Below are positions 28,877 through 37,415 of a DNA stretch of 64,000 nt, one piece after another (positions within the stretch are counted from its first letter, which is position 1; each line of letters opens with the position of its first letter). Below the pieces are notes generated by a model. That model had not been told where the DNA came from, searched no databases, and worked only from the letters and a program-made list of their open reading frames with translations. This stretch comes from Ktedonobacteria bacterium (lineage in GTDB: Bacteria > Chloroflexota > Ktedonobacteria > Ktedonobacterales > JACDGC01): positions 8,039-72,038 of the forward strand of contig DAIDIC010000093.1 of assembly GCA_027459525.1 (NCBI GenBank), given 5' to 3'. A program made the translations under genes and the position numbers.

Positions 28877-30616
28877 ATGAGGCAAAATATGCTCGATCAA
28901 AAAGATCCCCAAGATAAACTGACAAGTCAAAACGCGCTGTATCAGCCCGAAGCGGTAAACCATATCGCCGGCGCTCTAGCGGAATGGGAAAACGGCCCGG
29001 TAAAAAAATCAAATGCGCGCTTTCCCGAACGCAGCAAAGTTTTTTCTACTATGTCTGGCGTTCCGATAAACCGTTTATATACCCCTGCCGATGACATACA
29101 GCGCGATTTTATGCAAGATATCGGCTTTCCCGGTGAATATCCCTATACCCGCGGCGTTCAGCCGACTATGTATCGCGGCAAATTTTGGACCATGCGCATG
29201 TTTGCCGGATTCGGCACAGCGGAAGAAACGAACCGCAGGTTCCACTATTTGCTGGAAAACGGTCAAACAGGGCTTTCAATTGCTTTTGATATGCCTACGC
29301 TGTATGGGTACGACCACGACAACGATATGGCCGCCGGGGAATTTGGCAAATGCGGCGTAGCCATATCTTCGTTGGCCGATATGGAAATTTTGCTGGATGG
29401 CATACCACTAGATCAGGTTACCACCTCGATGACAATTAACAGTCCGGCAGCCGTTATTTGGGCAATGTATATTGCCGCCGCAGAAAAACGCGGCGTCCCC
29501 ATGGCGGCGCTGGGCGGAACATTGCAAAATGATATTCTAAAAGAATATATCGCGCAAAAAGAGTATTTATTTCCGCCTGAACCCTCCGTGCGGCTGGTTA
29601 TAGACACCATTGAGTTTGGAACCAAATATATGCCCAAATGGAATACCATTTCCATTTCCGGGTATCACATCCGCGAAGCCGGCGCCACTGCCGCGCAAGA
29701 GCTGGCGTTTACCTTGGCGGATGGCTTGGCGTATGTCGACGCATCGCTGGAGCGCGGGCTGACCATCGATGAGTTTGCTCCAAGATTGTCCTTCTTTTTC
29801 GATGTGCACAGTGATTTCTTTGAAGAAGTCGCTAAATTCCGCGCCGCGCGGCGCATTTGGGCGCGCGAAATGCGCGAACACTACCACGCCAAAGATCCGC
29901 GATCGTGGATGCTACGCACCCACGCGCAAACCGCCGGCGTTTCCCTGACGGCCCAACAACCGGAAAATAACGTTGTGCGCGTTGCTTTGCAAGCGATGGC
30001 CGCTGTTTTAGGCGGCACAAATTCACTGCACACCAATTCTTTAGACGAAGCTTTGGCGCTGCCCACCGAAAAAGCCGTCCTCATTGCGCTGCGCACCCAG
30101 CAAATCATCGCTCATGAAACCGGCGCCACAAATACAGTGGATCCATTAGGTGGATCTTATTTTGTGGAAGCGCTGACCGATGAAATAGAACGCCAAGCGG
30201 TTGCGTATATTCAACAGATTCGCGACTTAGGCGGCGTCATTCCCTGTATTCGCAACGGATATTACCAGCGGGAAATCTCTGAGTCTTCCTATCGATTCCA
30301 GCAGGAAGTCGACCGGCGTGAACGGATTATTGTTGGTGTGAATGAATACGCGGTGGAAGAGCCGATGGCGGTTCCCACACTATACATAGACATGGCAAAA
30401 GAAAAAGTTCATATTGAACGGCTGAAAAAATTGCGGGAAACACGCGATAACGCCCAAGTTGAAAAAACACTGAACGCGCTGCGCGACGCAGCCAAAGGCA
30501 CGGAAAACACTATGCCGTTTATATTAGACGCGGTTCGCGCATATGCGACTTTAGGCGAAATTATGAATGTTTTTCGCGATGTGTTTGGCCCATATATCGA
30601 ATCTCCCATCTTTTAA
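28877..30616 (+). CDS. Acyl-CoA mutase large (substrate-binding TIM-barrel) subunit, isobutyryl-CoA-mutase-like, with no fused B12-binding domain
   Basis: Methylmalonyl-CoA mutase family motifs are present ([55 protein letters not shown]). The protein ends before any B12-binding (DxHxxG) domain. The start is ambiguous: GTG 28856, ATG 28877 or ATG 28889. Confidence 0.85.
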   Translation: MRQNMLDQKDPQDKLTSQNALYQPEAVNHIAGALAEWENGPVKKSNARFPERSKVFSTMSGVPINRLYTPADDIQRDFMQDIGFPGEYPYTRGVQPTMYRGKFWTMRMFAGFGTAEETNRRFHYLLENGQTGLSIAFDMPTLYGYDHDNDMAAGEFGKCGVAISSLADMEILLDGIPLDQVTTSMTINSPAAVIWAMYIAAAEKRGVPMAALGGTLQNDILKEYIAQKEYLFPPEPSVRLVIDTIEFGTKYMPKWNTISISGYHIREAGATAAQELAFTLADGLAYVDASLERGLTIDEFAPRLSFFFDVHSDFFEEVAKFRAARRIWAREMREHYHAKDPRSWMLRTHAQTAGVSLTAQQPENNVVRVALQAMAAVLGGTNSLHTNSLDEALALPTEKAVLIALRTQQIIAHETGATNTVDPLGGSYFVEALTDEIERQAVAYIQQIRDLGGVIPCIRNGYYQREISESSYRFQQEVDRRERIIVGVNEYAVEEPMAVPTLYIDMAKEKVHIERLKKLRETRDNAQVEKTLNALRDAAKGTENTMPFILDAVRAYATLGEIMNVFRDVFGPYIESPIF

Positions 30617-30808
30617 GAGCAAAATTCCCTGCGTTTCTCTGCGCGCAAGGGGCAAATCGCTCCTTGCGTTCACAGCGCAAAGGCGCGGGGGTGTTCTTAT
30701 GTCTCATTATTTATTTCTTTACTGTAGACCTGAGCCTTGAACAGGAGTGCAGAAAAATTTGGCGGCGCCATAAAAATCATATGAATCCCAACTACAATAA
30801 ACGATTGG

Positions 30809-32470
30809 ATGACGCGCTCTATGAGTACTGAACAAACAATCTTTGATTATATTATCATCGGATCCGGTTTTGGTGGCAGCGTTTCTGCCATGCGTCTGAC
30901 AGAAAAAGGGTATTCTGTTTTAGTGTTAGAGCAAGGAAAACGTTTTGCCGATGCCGATTTTGCAATAACCAATAAAAATCTGCGCAAATTCCTTTGGATT
31001 CCACAAATCGGCTTGCGCGGCATTCTGCAAATCAGCCCATTCCGCGATGTTATTGCGCTGCACGGCGCCGGAGTTGGCGGCGGCAGTTTAGTGTACGCAA
31101 ACGTTTTAATAGAGCCAGACGAAGAACTTTTTCAGGCGCCGGAGTGGAATATGGCGGCAAAATGGAAAGAGGCGTTGCAGCCTCATTTTGCAACCGCGCG
31201 CCATATGCTTGGCGTAACACAAAACCAGCGTGTTTGGCCGGCAGATACCGCCCTGAAAAAAATTGCTGATTCATATGGCAGGGGAAAGTCATATCAACTA
31301 ACTCCCGTCGGAGTCTTTTTCGGTGAACCGGGCAAAGAAGGCGTGGAAATAGATGATCCTTACTTTGGCGGCAAGGGACCCCGCCGCAGTGGCTGCACAC
31401 ATTGCGGCGGATGCATGGTTGGGTGCCGTTATAACGCAAAAAACACGCTGGTAAAAAATTATTTGTATTTTGCCGAGCAAGCAGGCGCGCGCATTATCTC
31501 CGAAACCGAAGCAAGCGCTATTATTCCCATACAACAATCCGAGGGAGACGCGCGTTATACCATCACGGCGCGAACAAAAGGCGGCAAAAAAACATCGTTC
31601 CAAGCGCGGAATGTAATAGTGTCCGCCGGAACTGTGGGAACAATGAAGCTGCTGCTGCGCTGCAAAGATAGCACACGAACGCTTGCAAATCTTTCCCCCA
31701 CACTGGGAACCAAGGTGCGCACAAACAGCGAATCTTTGCTGGGAGCCACCAGTAAAAATAAAAAAACAAAATATTCCGACGGTGTCGCCATAACATCCAT
31801 CATGCAAGCAGATGATGTCACAGCAATAGAGCCTTTGCGCTACTCCAGCGGCTCAGTTGCAATGCGGTATTTTACGTGGCCGCTGGTTCACGGAAAAAAC
31901 GTTTGGCAACGAATGGGAAAATCCTTAGCGTGGTTCCTCACACATCCGTTATCGACGCTGCACGCATATGCTTTACCGGGATGGGCCGATAAAACAACCA
32001 TTTTATTGCTGATGCAGAAAATAGATATTTCGCTCTCAATGAAATCTGGGCGCAGTTTGTGGACATTGTTTCGCAAAGGCATAGTAACAATACCATCACA
32101 AGAAACCGAATTGCAAAATAATCGGCTGGCTGTCGGAGATAAAATTACAAAAGATTTTGCCAAAGAAACGAAAACTCAGCCATTTGGCGCAATTAACGAA
32201 GGTTTGCTGGGCATCCAAATGACCGCGCATATTCTTGGCGGCTGCCCATTTGGTTCTAACGCAGAAGAAGGTGTCATCGATACACAATGCCGCGCGCATG
32301 GCTATCCGGGACTTTACATTATAGACGGGTCCGTCATACCGGGGAATCCCGGTGTAAACCCCAGTTTAACCATTGCTGCGTTTGCCGAATACGCCATGAG
32401 CTTTATACCCGCTAAACATGAAGTTGCAGCCGAAGCAAAAGTCACAAAAACGAAGACTGATCATCTCTAA
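30809..32470 (+). CDS. GMC-family FAD-dependent oxidoreductase (cholesterol-oxidase-like)
   Basis: The N-terminal DYIIIGSGFGGSVSAMRLTEKGYSVLVLEQG is an FAD-binding Rossmann motif. The C-terminal HILGGCPFG...GLYIIDGSVIPGNPGVNPSLTI is typical of GMC enzymes. Confidence 0.85.
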   Translation: MTRSMSTEQTIFDYIIIGSGFGGSVSAMRLTEKGYSVLVLEQGKRFADADFAITNKNLRKFLWIPQIGLRGILQISPFRDVIALHGAGVGGGSLVYANVLIEPDEELFQAPEWNMAAKWKEALQPHFATARHMLGVTQNQRVWPADTALKKIADSYGRGKSYQLTPVGVFFGEPGKEGVEIDDPYFGGKGPRRSGCTHCGGCMVGCRYNAKNTLVKNYLYFAEQAGARIISETEASAIIPIQQSEGDARYTITARTKGGKKTSFQARNVIVSAGTVGTMKLLLRCKDSTRTLANLSPTLGTKVRTNSESLLGATSKNKKTKYSDGVAITSIMQADDVTAIEPLRYSSGSVAMRYFTWPLVHGKNVWQRMGKSLAWFLTHPLSTLHAYALPGWADKTTILLLMQKIDISLSMKSGRSLWTLFRKGIVTIPSQETELQNNRLAVGDKITKDFAKETKTQPFGAINEGLLGIQMTAHILGGCPFGSNAEEGVIDTQCRAHGYPGLYIIDGSVIPGNPGVNPSLTIAAFAEYAMSFIPAKHEVAAEAKVTKTKTDHL

Positions 32471-32655
32471 TTTTACATGTGTTTGGCTGATAAAAACACT
32501 GGAAAATCATGCTTTTTCTGACATTTTATCAAAATATTTATGACAGACTTAATATCACAAATCATGTAAAATCGTTTGTGATGCTTGTCACATTGTGATA
32601 TAATTGTAATAAATATATCAAGCGTTCCGATTGGAAACAGTTTCCAATCGAATGG

Positions 32656-32846
32656 AACATCATCATTGTCTTGCCAAAAGCATACATACACCAGTCAGAA
32701 TTGTTCTGGATGCGGGCATCAAAACAGTGACCTTTCGATCGGATAGGGTGTATCCTTGTGAGTGTTGTGGTCTCGTCACAGACAGGGATCTCAACGTCGG
32801 TCGAAACATGTTGGCATTGGGACGACAATGCCTGGCGAAAACCTAG
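32656..32846 (+). pseudogene. tnpB: Decayed C-terminal fragment of an IS200/IS605-family TnpB (OrfB) gene
   Basis: Pieces in three frames concatenate to NIIIVLPKAY / YTSQNCSGCGHQNSDLS / DRVYPCECCGLVTDRDLNVGRNMLALG. This matches the TnpB zinc finger plus the RuvC-III pattern (TSQxCSxCG...CxxCG..DRDxNAAxNI). At least two frameshifts are present, one at a tandem ATAC-ATAC (32682-32689). Confidence 0.6.
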
Positions 32847-32923
32847 AAGCCCCTGCGTTTCTGCATGGGGAGTCGTCACCATGAACTAACTTACTATAAG
32901 TTATTGGTTGGAGTTAACAACAT

Positions 32924-33538
32924 ATGCACAGCGTTCGTATTTGGGGCAAAAACACACTTACGGCTAATCGTCCCACTATTCTAGGTATGTCCGTTATCGG
33001 CATTATTGCCATTATGTATCTTGTTTCCGGTTGCGGATCTGCTACAACAGCCGCAAGCAAACCCAAGACAGTTACTACTGTAAATTTCGCTATTGTGCCA
33101 CAGGCGCCGGGAGCGCAGTCGGGTTGGGTATCTTACTTGCCACAGCTTAATTTCGCTGTTCCCGCGCACACAGTCATTACCGTAAATATCGAAAATTATG
33201 ATCTTGGCGGCGCAACTATGTCCAAGAGCTGGCCATACACCACAGTTACCGGTGTAGTCAATAAAACAGCGAATGAAAACGGACATCCAATTTCCTCATT
33301 GCCAATTAACGAAATAGCGCATACTTTTACCATTCCAAATTTAAATGTAAACGTTCCTATCACATTAAACGCCGATTCCGGTCAAACATACGCAACGGTA
33401 TCGTTCCAGTTTAATTCAGGCGCGCCGGGCACATACCTTGTGCGTTGCTTTGTTCCCTGCGGCACCGGCTCTACCGGCTGGGATGGCCCAATGGCTACAA
33501 ACGGCATGATGATGGGGCAAATTACCGTCGTCGGATAA
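32924..33538 (+). CDS. Lipoprotein with a COX2/CuA-like cupredoxin C-terminal domain
   Basis: Lipobox YLVSGC. AHTFTIPNLNVNVPI and PGTYLVRCFVPCGTG resemble the HSFxxPxL ... PGxYxGxCxExCG pattern of cupredoxin/CuA domains. The Met-rich tail is GPMATNGMMMGQITV. Confidence 0.45.
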   Translation: MHSVRIWGKNTLTANRPTILGMSVIGIIAIMYLVSGCGSATTAASKPKTVTTVNFAIVPQAPGAQSGWVSYLPQLNFAVPAHTVITVNIENYDLGGATMSKSWPYTTVTGVVNKTANENGHPISSLPINEIAHTFTIPNLNVNVPITLNADSGQTYATVSFQFNSGAPGTYLVRCFVPCGTGSTGWDGPMATNGMMMGQITVVG

Positions 33539-33568
33539 CTTTTAGCACAATAACATATTCAATACGCA

Positions 33569-33601
33569 AGCCGGATGTGTGTACAACATCCGGCTGTTTT
33601 T
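33569..33601 (+). terminator. Rho-independent terminator after the lipoprotein gene
   Basis: AGCCGGATGT (33569-33578) pairs with ACATCCGGCT (33586-33595) around a 7-nt loop, followed by GTTTTT. Confidence 0.7.
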
Positions 33602-33846
33602 CTATCCCATAGTTCGAAATTTAGAAAATATATGAAATAACGCCACAGTACAATGATGCTCGCAATGGCTGCCTTCACTGGATTTTATAGTTTACTTTTA
33701 GCGCAAGTGCACCAGAAATATTATTTTCCACCCCTTCAGAAATTTTGCAGCAAAAAGAACAACTACAACGAACGACACAGAACAAACACACACTATATAT
33801 ATATCACCCTATTACACGAACATCCCCCCTAAATAACACCCATCAG

Positions 33847-33878
33847 CAGCGAAGTTTTGTCTTGACAAAACTTCGCTG
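33847..33878. repeat. Perfect inverted repeat with 15-bp arms and a 2-nt spacer, containing a TTGACA hexamer
   Basis: The sequence is CAGCGAAGTTTTGTC-TT-GACAAAACTTCGCTG. TTGACA lies at 33862-33867, with TATATG/TATGAA 15-17 nt downstream. Confidence 0.6.
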
Positions 33879-33975
33879 ACATTATATGAAAGACTCCATC
33901 CAAACGATGTTGTACGCCATACTCTATACAACTTGGTAGCGCACAACAGGAGCAGACTGCAAATCTCATAGCAAT

Positions 33976-34016
33976 CCGGCAGATATTTTTTTCACTATCT
34001 GCCGGAATAGTTCACA
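33976..34016. repeat. Hairpin-repeat copy 1, containing the 24-nt repeat CACTATCTGCCGGAATAGTTCACA
   Basis: CCGGCAGATA (33976-33985) pairs with TATCTGCCGG (33996-34005). The 24-mer at 33993-34016 is identical to 34636-34659. Confidence 0.8.
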
Positions 34017-34104
34017 CATAACGTTATTTTTGCTGTATTTCATTCGTTTGAAATAGTAACAGCCAGAACCTACAGCATATTTATACACATTCAGGAGTTT
34101 GTTT

Positions 34105-34599
34105 ATGAACCTATTTCGGGCGCCGTTGCGGCGCGGCTATTTTCTGAGCATACTCGGTTTCATGATGATACTTGGCTCCTATTTCCTGCCATTTGCCGGA
34201 GGAAGTTGCAATGAGTTTTCTCCATGCGGACCTAGTCTCTCCCTTGTTTTTTTTATACTTTCAAACTTACAAAATATTCACACGTTCAGTGATTTTATAA
34301 CCTCTTCCTCTTCATTTTTTCTATTTGTGTTAGCGGCGCCGCTACTCATGGCGACGCTCTTTGTTCTGCTGGGGTGGTTGTATATCCGCTTTGAATCGCG
34401 AACATTATTGAACATATTGCTTATCGTATGGGTTATCGGCTTCATAGAATTTGTTTTATTCTCATGGTTTATATTGATATTTGGCGGCTATCCTATCTTT
34501 GGGTTTTGGGGCACTTTGCTTGGGTATGGGATCCTTTTCTATGCGTATACTATTTGGGGTTGGCACAAGAAAAGCAAGCAAGAGCAGGCGCAGAGCTAA
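34105..34599 (+). CDS. Hypothetical polytopic membrane protein (164 aa)
   Basis: AGGAG RBS at 34093-34097, then ATG 34105. Four to five hydrophobic helices. I recognised no family motif. Confidence 0.5.
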   Translation: MNLFRAPLRRGYFLSILGFMMILGSYFLPFAGGSCNEFSPCGPSLSLVFFILSNLQNIHTFSDFITSSSSFFLFVLAAPLLMATLFVLLGWLYIRFESRTLLNILLIVWVIGFIEFVLFSWFILIFGGYPIFGFWGTLLGYGILFYAYTIWGWHKKSKQEQAQS

Positions 34600-34619
34600 G
34601 GGCTAGGATATCGGGAAAT

Positions 34620-34659
34620 GGCAGACAACAAGAGCCACTATCTGCCGGAATAGTTCACA
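34620..34659. repeat. Hairpin-repeat copy 2, containing the 24-nt repeat CACTATCTGCCGGAATAGTTCACA
   Basis: GGCAGA (34620-34625) pairs with TCTGCC (34641-34646). The 24-mer at 34636-34659 is identical to copy 1. Confidence 0.8.
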
Positions 34660-34688
34660 TCATCCTCTTCATCACACAAAAAACACCA

Positions 34689-34731
34689 TTAAAAAAAACG
34701 CCGCTGCGCCATTTTGCTTGATAGCGCAGCG
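34689..34731 (-). terminator. Rho-independent terminator of the GH1/ABC operon
   Basis: On the minus strand, CGCTGCGC pairs with GCGCAGCG (34702-34731), followed by a T8 run (A8 at 34691-34698 on the plus strand). Confidence 0.7.
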
Positions 34732-34804
34732 ACACAAATATTGATATAGTGACGCCAATAACAGAGTCTTAGCGTTTTTCTTTGCAAAATACCCAACAAT
34801 ACAG

Positions 34805-36172
34805 TTAGGGCTGGGAATTGTGTTGGTTTTGAATAAAATCGGCAAACCAACGGCCGCTATCCTTAATAGTGCGCTGTTGGGTCTGCATATCCACATGCAC
34901 TATTCCAAACCGTTTTACATAGCCTTCGGCCCATTCATAGTTGTCAAAAACAGACCACACCAAATAGCCCACCAACGGAACAGTGCGCTGAATGGCAGTA
35001 TAGCACGCTTCAATATGCTTTGCTAAATAGTTAATACGATTGATATCATGCACAAAACCGTCCGATTCTACCACATCATCAAAAGCGGCGCCGTTTTCGG
35101 TTATCATTATGGGTATATTGGGGGCTTCCCTGTGTACACGCTCTATAATTGCGGTAATGCCTTCGGGGAAAATTTCCCAGCCCATCTCGGTATATTCGGC
35201 GTTACGCTTCTGTTCCGTCAAATCTGCTTCTTGAGAAGCAACATACTCACGGGAATAGTAATTTATGCCAATAAAATCTAACGGCGTGGAAATAACACTA
35301 AGATCGCCATCTTGCATTTGCGGAAAACTCCCCATAATCTCTTTAAAATCATCAGAATATTTGCCATGCAGGATAGGATCAATAAACCAAGAATTAAAAA
35401 ACACATCCCTTTCATGCGCTTTTTTCCGTGTTGATTCGCTGTCATCGGCAGTATAAATCGGCACAAGGTTTAACGCAACACCAATTTTAGACGCAGAAGG
35501 AGTAACTGCCCGTAAACGCTGCGCCGCCAAGCCATGCGCCAACATCAATATATGCCCGGACTGCGCCGCTTCTACCGTTGATGTATGCCCCGGCGCGTGA
35601 ACACCTACGCCATACCCTAAATACGACGCGCACCAAGGCTCATTTACCGTAATCCAATGCGATACCCGATCACCCAATTTTCTGCCAACCGTTTCCACAT
35701 AATCTGCAAAATATTTAGCAGTGTCTCTGTTCAGCCAGCCACCGGCGTGCTCTAATTGCGATGGTAAATCCCAGTGGAACAATGTGGCAATCGGCGTAAT
35801 ATTATTTTGCAAAAGTTCATCAACTAAGCGATTATAAAAGTCTAGTCCCTTCTGGTTTACCGTTCCTGTTCCTGCGGGGAAAATCCGCGGCCAGGCAACA
35901 GAAAATCGATAGGCTCCTAAACCCAACTGCTTCATCAGCGCCACATCATCTTTATAACGATTGTAATGATCAATAGCTATGGCGCCGCTTTCACCGCGAT
36001 AGGTTTTCCCAACAGTTGCGGCAAATTCGTCCCAAATACTTACACCGCGGCCATCTTGATAAATGGCTCCTTCAATTTGATAGGCTGAAGTTGCGGCGCC
36101 CCATATAAAATCTTTGGGAAAATTTAAGGGTGTTTGCGGCTCATACACCGGCTGAGTTGTTTGAAGATTCAA
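34805..36172 (-). CDS. GH1 beta-glucosidase
   Basis: FIWGAATSAYQIEGA. TLFHWDLP. Acid/base WITVNEPW. Nucleophile IMITENGAAF. The apparent start is TTG, with an AAGGAG 10 nt upstream. Confidence 0.95.
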   Translation of the reverse strand: MNLQTTQPVYEPQTPLNFPKDFIWGAATSAYQIEGAIYQDGRGVSIWDEFAATVGKTYRGESGAIAIDHYNRYKDDVALMKQLGLGAYRFSVAWPRIFPAGTGTVNQKGLDFYNRLVDELLQNNITPIATLFHWDLPSQLEHAGGWLNRDTAKYFADYVETVGRKLGDRVSHWITVNEPWCASYLGYGVGVHAPGHTSTVEAAQSGHILMLAHGLAAQRLRAVTPSASKIGVALNLVPIYTADDSESTRKKAHERDVFFNSWFIDPILHGKYSDDFKEIMGSFPQMQDGDLSVISTPLDFIGINYYSREYVASQEADLTEQKRNAEYTEMGWEIFPEGITAIIERVHREAPNIPIMITENGAAFDDVVESDGFVHDINRINYLAKHIEACYTAIQRTVPLVGYLVWSVFDNYEWAEGYVKRFGIVHVDMQTQQRTIKDSGRWFADFIQNQHNSQP

Positions 36173-36334
36173 GAGATTATTTCTCCTTAGCGTGTTTTTT
36201 TTGTTTTATGCTGCAAAAGGCTGTTGCTTAACGTATTTTTTTTGCCGAAAAAGTATAAAAAACGAGTGGCTTTTATAAGCGGCTGCTGGTTTTCAACAAG
36301 CTCTCAATAGATATATATTCTCAACATGAAATTT

Positions 36335-37414
36335 TTACGGCGCCGCCGGCGCTGGTATATCTGACGAAGCGGTTTCCAATGCGTCGGTATACAAAAAACA
36401 GTTCACCCAATGATCTTTTTGTATTTCTGTGCGTTTAGGAAAACCGGTTCGGCAAATATCTTTGGCAAATGGACACCGCGGATGAAAACGGCAGCCGGCC
36501 GGCGGATTGATGAGACTTGGCGATTCACCTTTGCCGATAAGAGGCTCAACGCTATTTCTTGCGGGATCCGGCGCGGCGGAAAGCAATAACTGGGTATATG
36601 GGTGTTTCGGCTCCTTAATGAGCGCTTCACTCGGGCCGCTTTCAATAGATTGTCCGGCGTACATCACTAAAATGGTGTCGGCAAAATATCTGGCGCTGGC
36701 AATATCGTGTGTTATATACAGCAGCGCTAAATTTTCCTCATCTTTCAGACGGGTAAGCAGATTTAAAATATCCAGTCGAATAGAAACATCCAGCATGGAA
36801 ACGGGTTCATCAGCCAGCAGCACAGATGGCTTTGGCGCCAAAGCCCGCGCTATGGCAACACGCTGCCGCTGTCCGCCGCTCAGTTCATGCGGCAGTTTTT
36901 GAATGAACTGTTCTGCCGGTGTTAGGCTAACCCGCTGCAGTAATGCAAGAATTTCAATTTCCAGATCAGTTTTGGTTCGCGCCTTATGATAAATTTGCAG
37001 GGGCCGCGCCAAATGATAGCGAATGGAATGCGCCGCATTCAATGACGCAAATGGATCTTGAAATATTAGCTGCACATGCTGGTGATACTTGCGGCTTTGC
37101 AGCCCGCCGGGCATGTTTCGTGAAGAAACACCGCTAAACAGAATATCACCGGATGTTGCCTGATACATGCCGGCTAATATGCGGGCAGCCGTTGTTTTGC
37201 CGCTGCCGCTTTCACCAACCAATGCGGTAGTATAGCCGGGTCGCAGGCAGACAGAAAAATCTTCCAGCGCTTTCACCGTCTGCTGCCTGCCAAATAAAGA
37301 TCCGCCGCCAACAGGAAACACTTTTCGCAAGTTCCGCGCTTCCAAAATCGGTGAAACGGTCGCTGACGAATCAGAATAGACTGCCGCAGCGCCATGTTGC
37401 ATTGCATGTGTCAT
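36335..37414 (-). CDS. Opp/Dpp-family ABC transporter ATP-binding protein (OppF-like)
   Basis: Walker A GESGSGKTT, signature LSGGQRQRVAIARAL, Walker B LLADEPVSMLD, and the C-terminal oligopeptide-ATPase extension with CRFHPRCP. Confidence 0.9.
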   Translation of the reverse strand: MTHAMQHGAAAVYSDSSATVSPILEARNLRKVFPVGGGSLFGRQQTVKALEDFSVCLRPGYTTALVGESGSGKTTAARILAGMYQATSGDILFSGVSSRNMPGGLQSRKYHQHVQLIFQDPFASLNAAHSIRYHLARPLQIYHKARTKTDLEIEILALLQRVSLTPAEQFIQKLPHELSGGQRQRVAIARALAPKPSVLLADEPVSMLDVSIRLDILNLLTRLKDEENLALLYITHDIASARYFADTILVMYAGQSIESGPSEALIKEPKHPYTQLLLSAAPDPARNSVEPLIGKGESPSLINPPAGCRFHPRCPFAKDICRTGFPKRTEIQKDHWVNCFLYTDALETASSDIPAPAAP

Positions 37415-37415
37415 G

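Noticed and set aside
28235-28963. Long antisense ORFs inside strong genes. Examples are 28235-28963, 8753-9325, 31298-31807, 20088-20570, 44888-45364 and 38511-38999.
   Set aside because: Each lies opposite a gene with unambiguous family motifs. Each is Arg/Ala/Cys-rich with no start-site signals. They are frame-shadow artefacts.
30627-30638. The 12-nt match CCCTGCGTTTCT shared with 32851-32862 (next to the TnpB scar), considered as a possible second IS end.
   Set aside because: Exact 12-mer repeats are expected many times by chance in 64 kb, and the flanks do not align. The same reasoning applies to GAGCGGCGTATA near 4025 and 4200.
33652-33825. A ~57-aa ORF (MMLAMAAFTGFYSLLLAQV...) in the 500-bp gap after the lipoprotein terminator.
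   Set aside because: It has no RBS. Its C-terminal half is translated from a C/A-rich low-complexity tract (NNYNERHRTNTHYIYI). The evidence for coding is insufficient.
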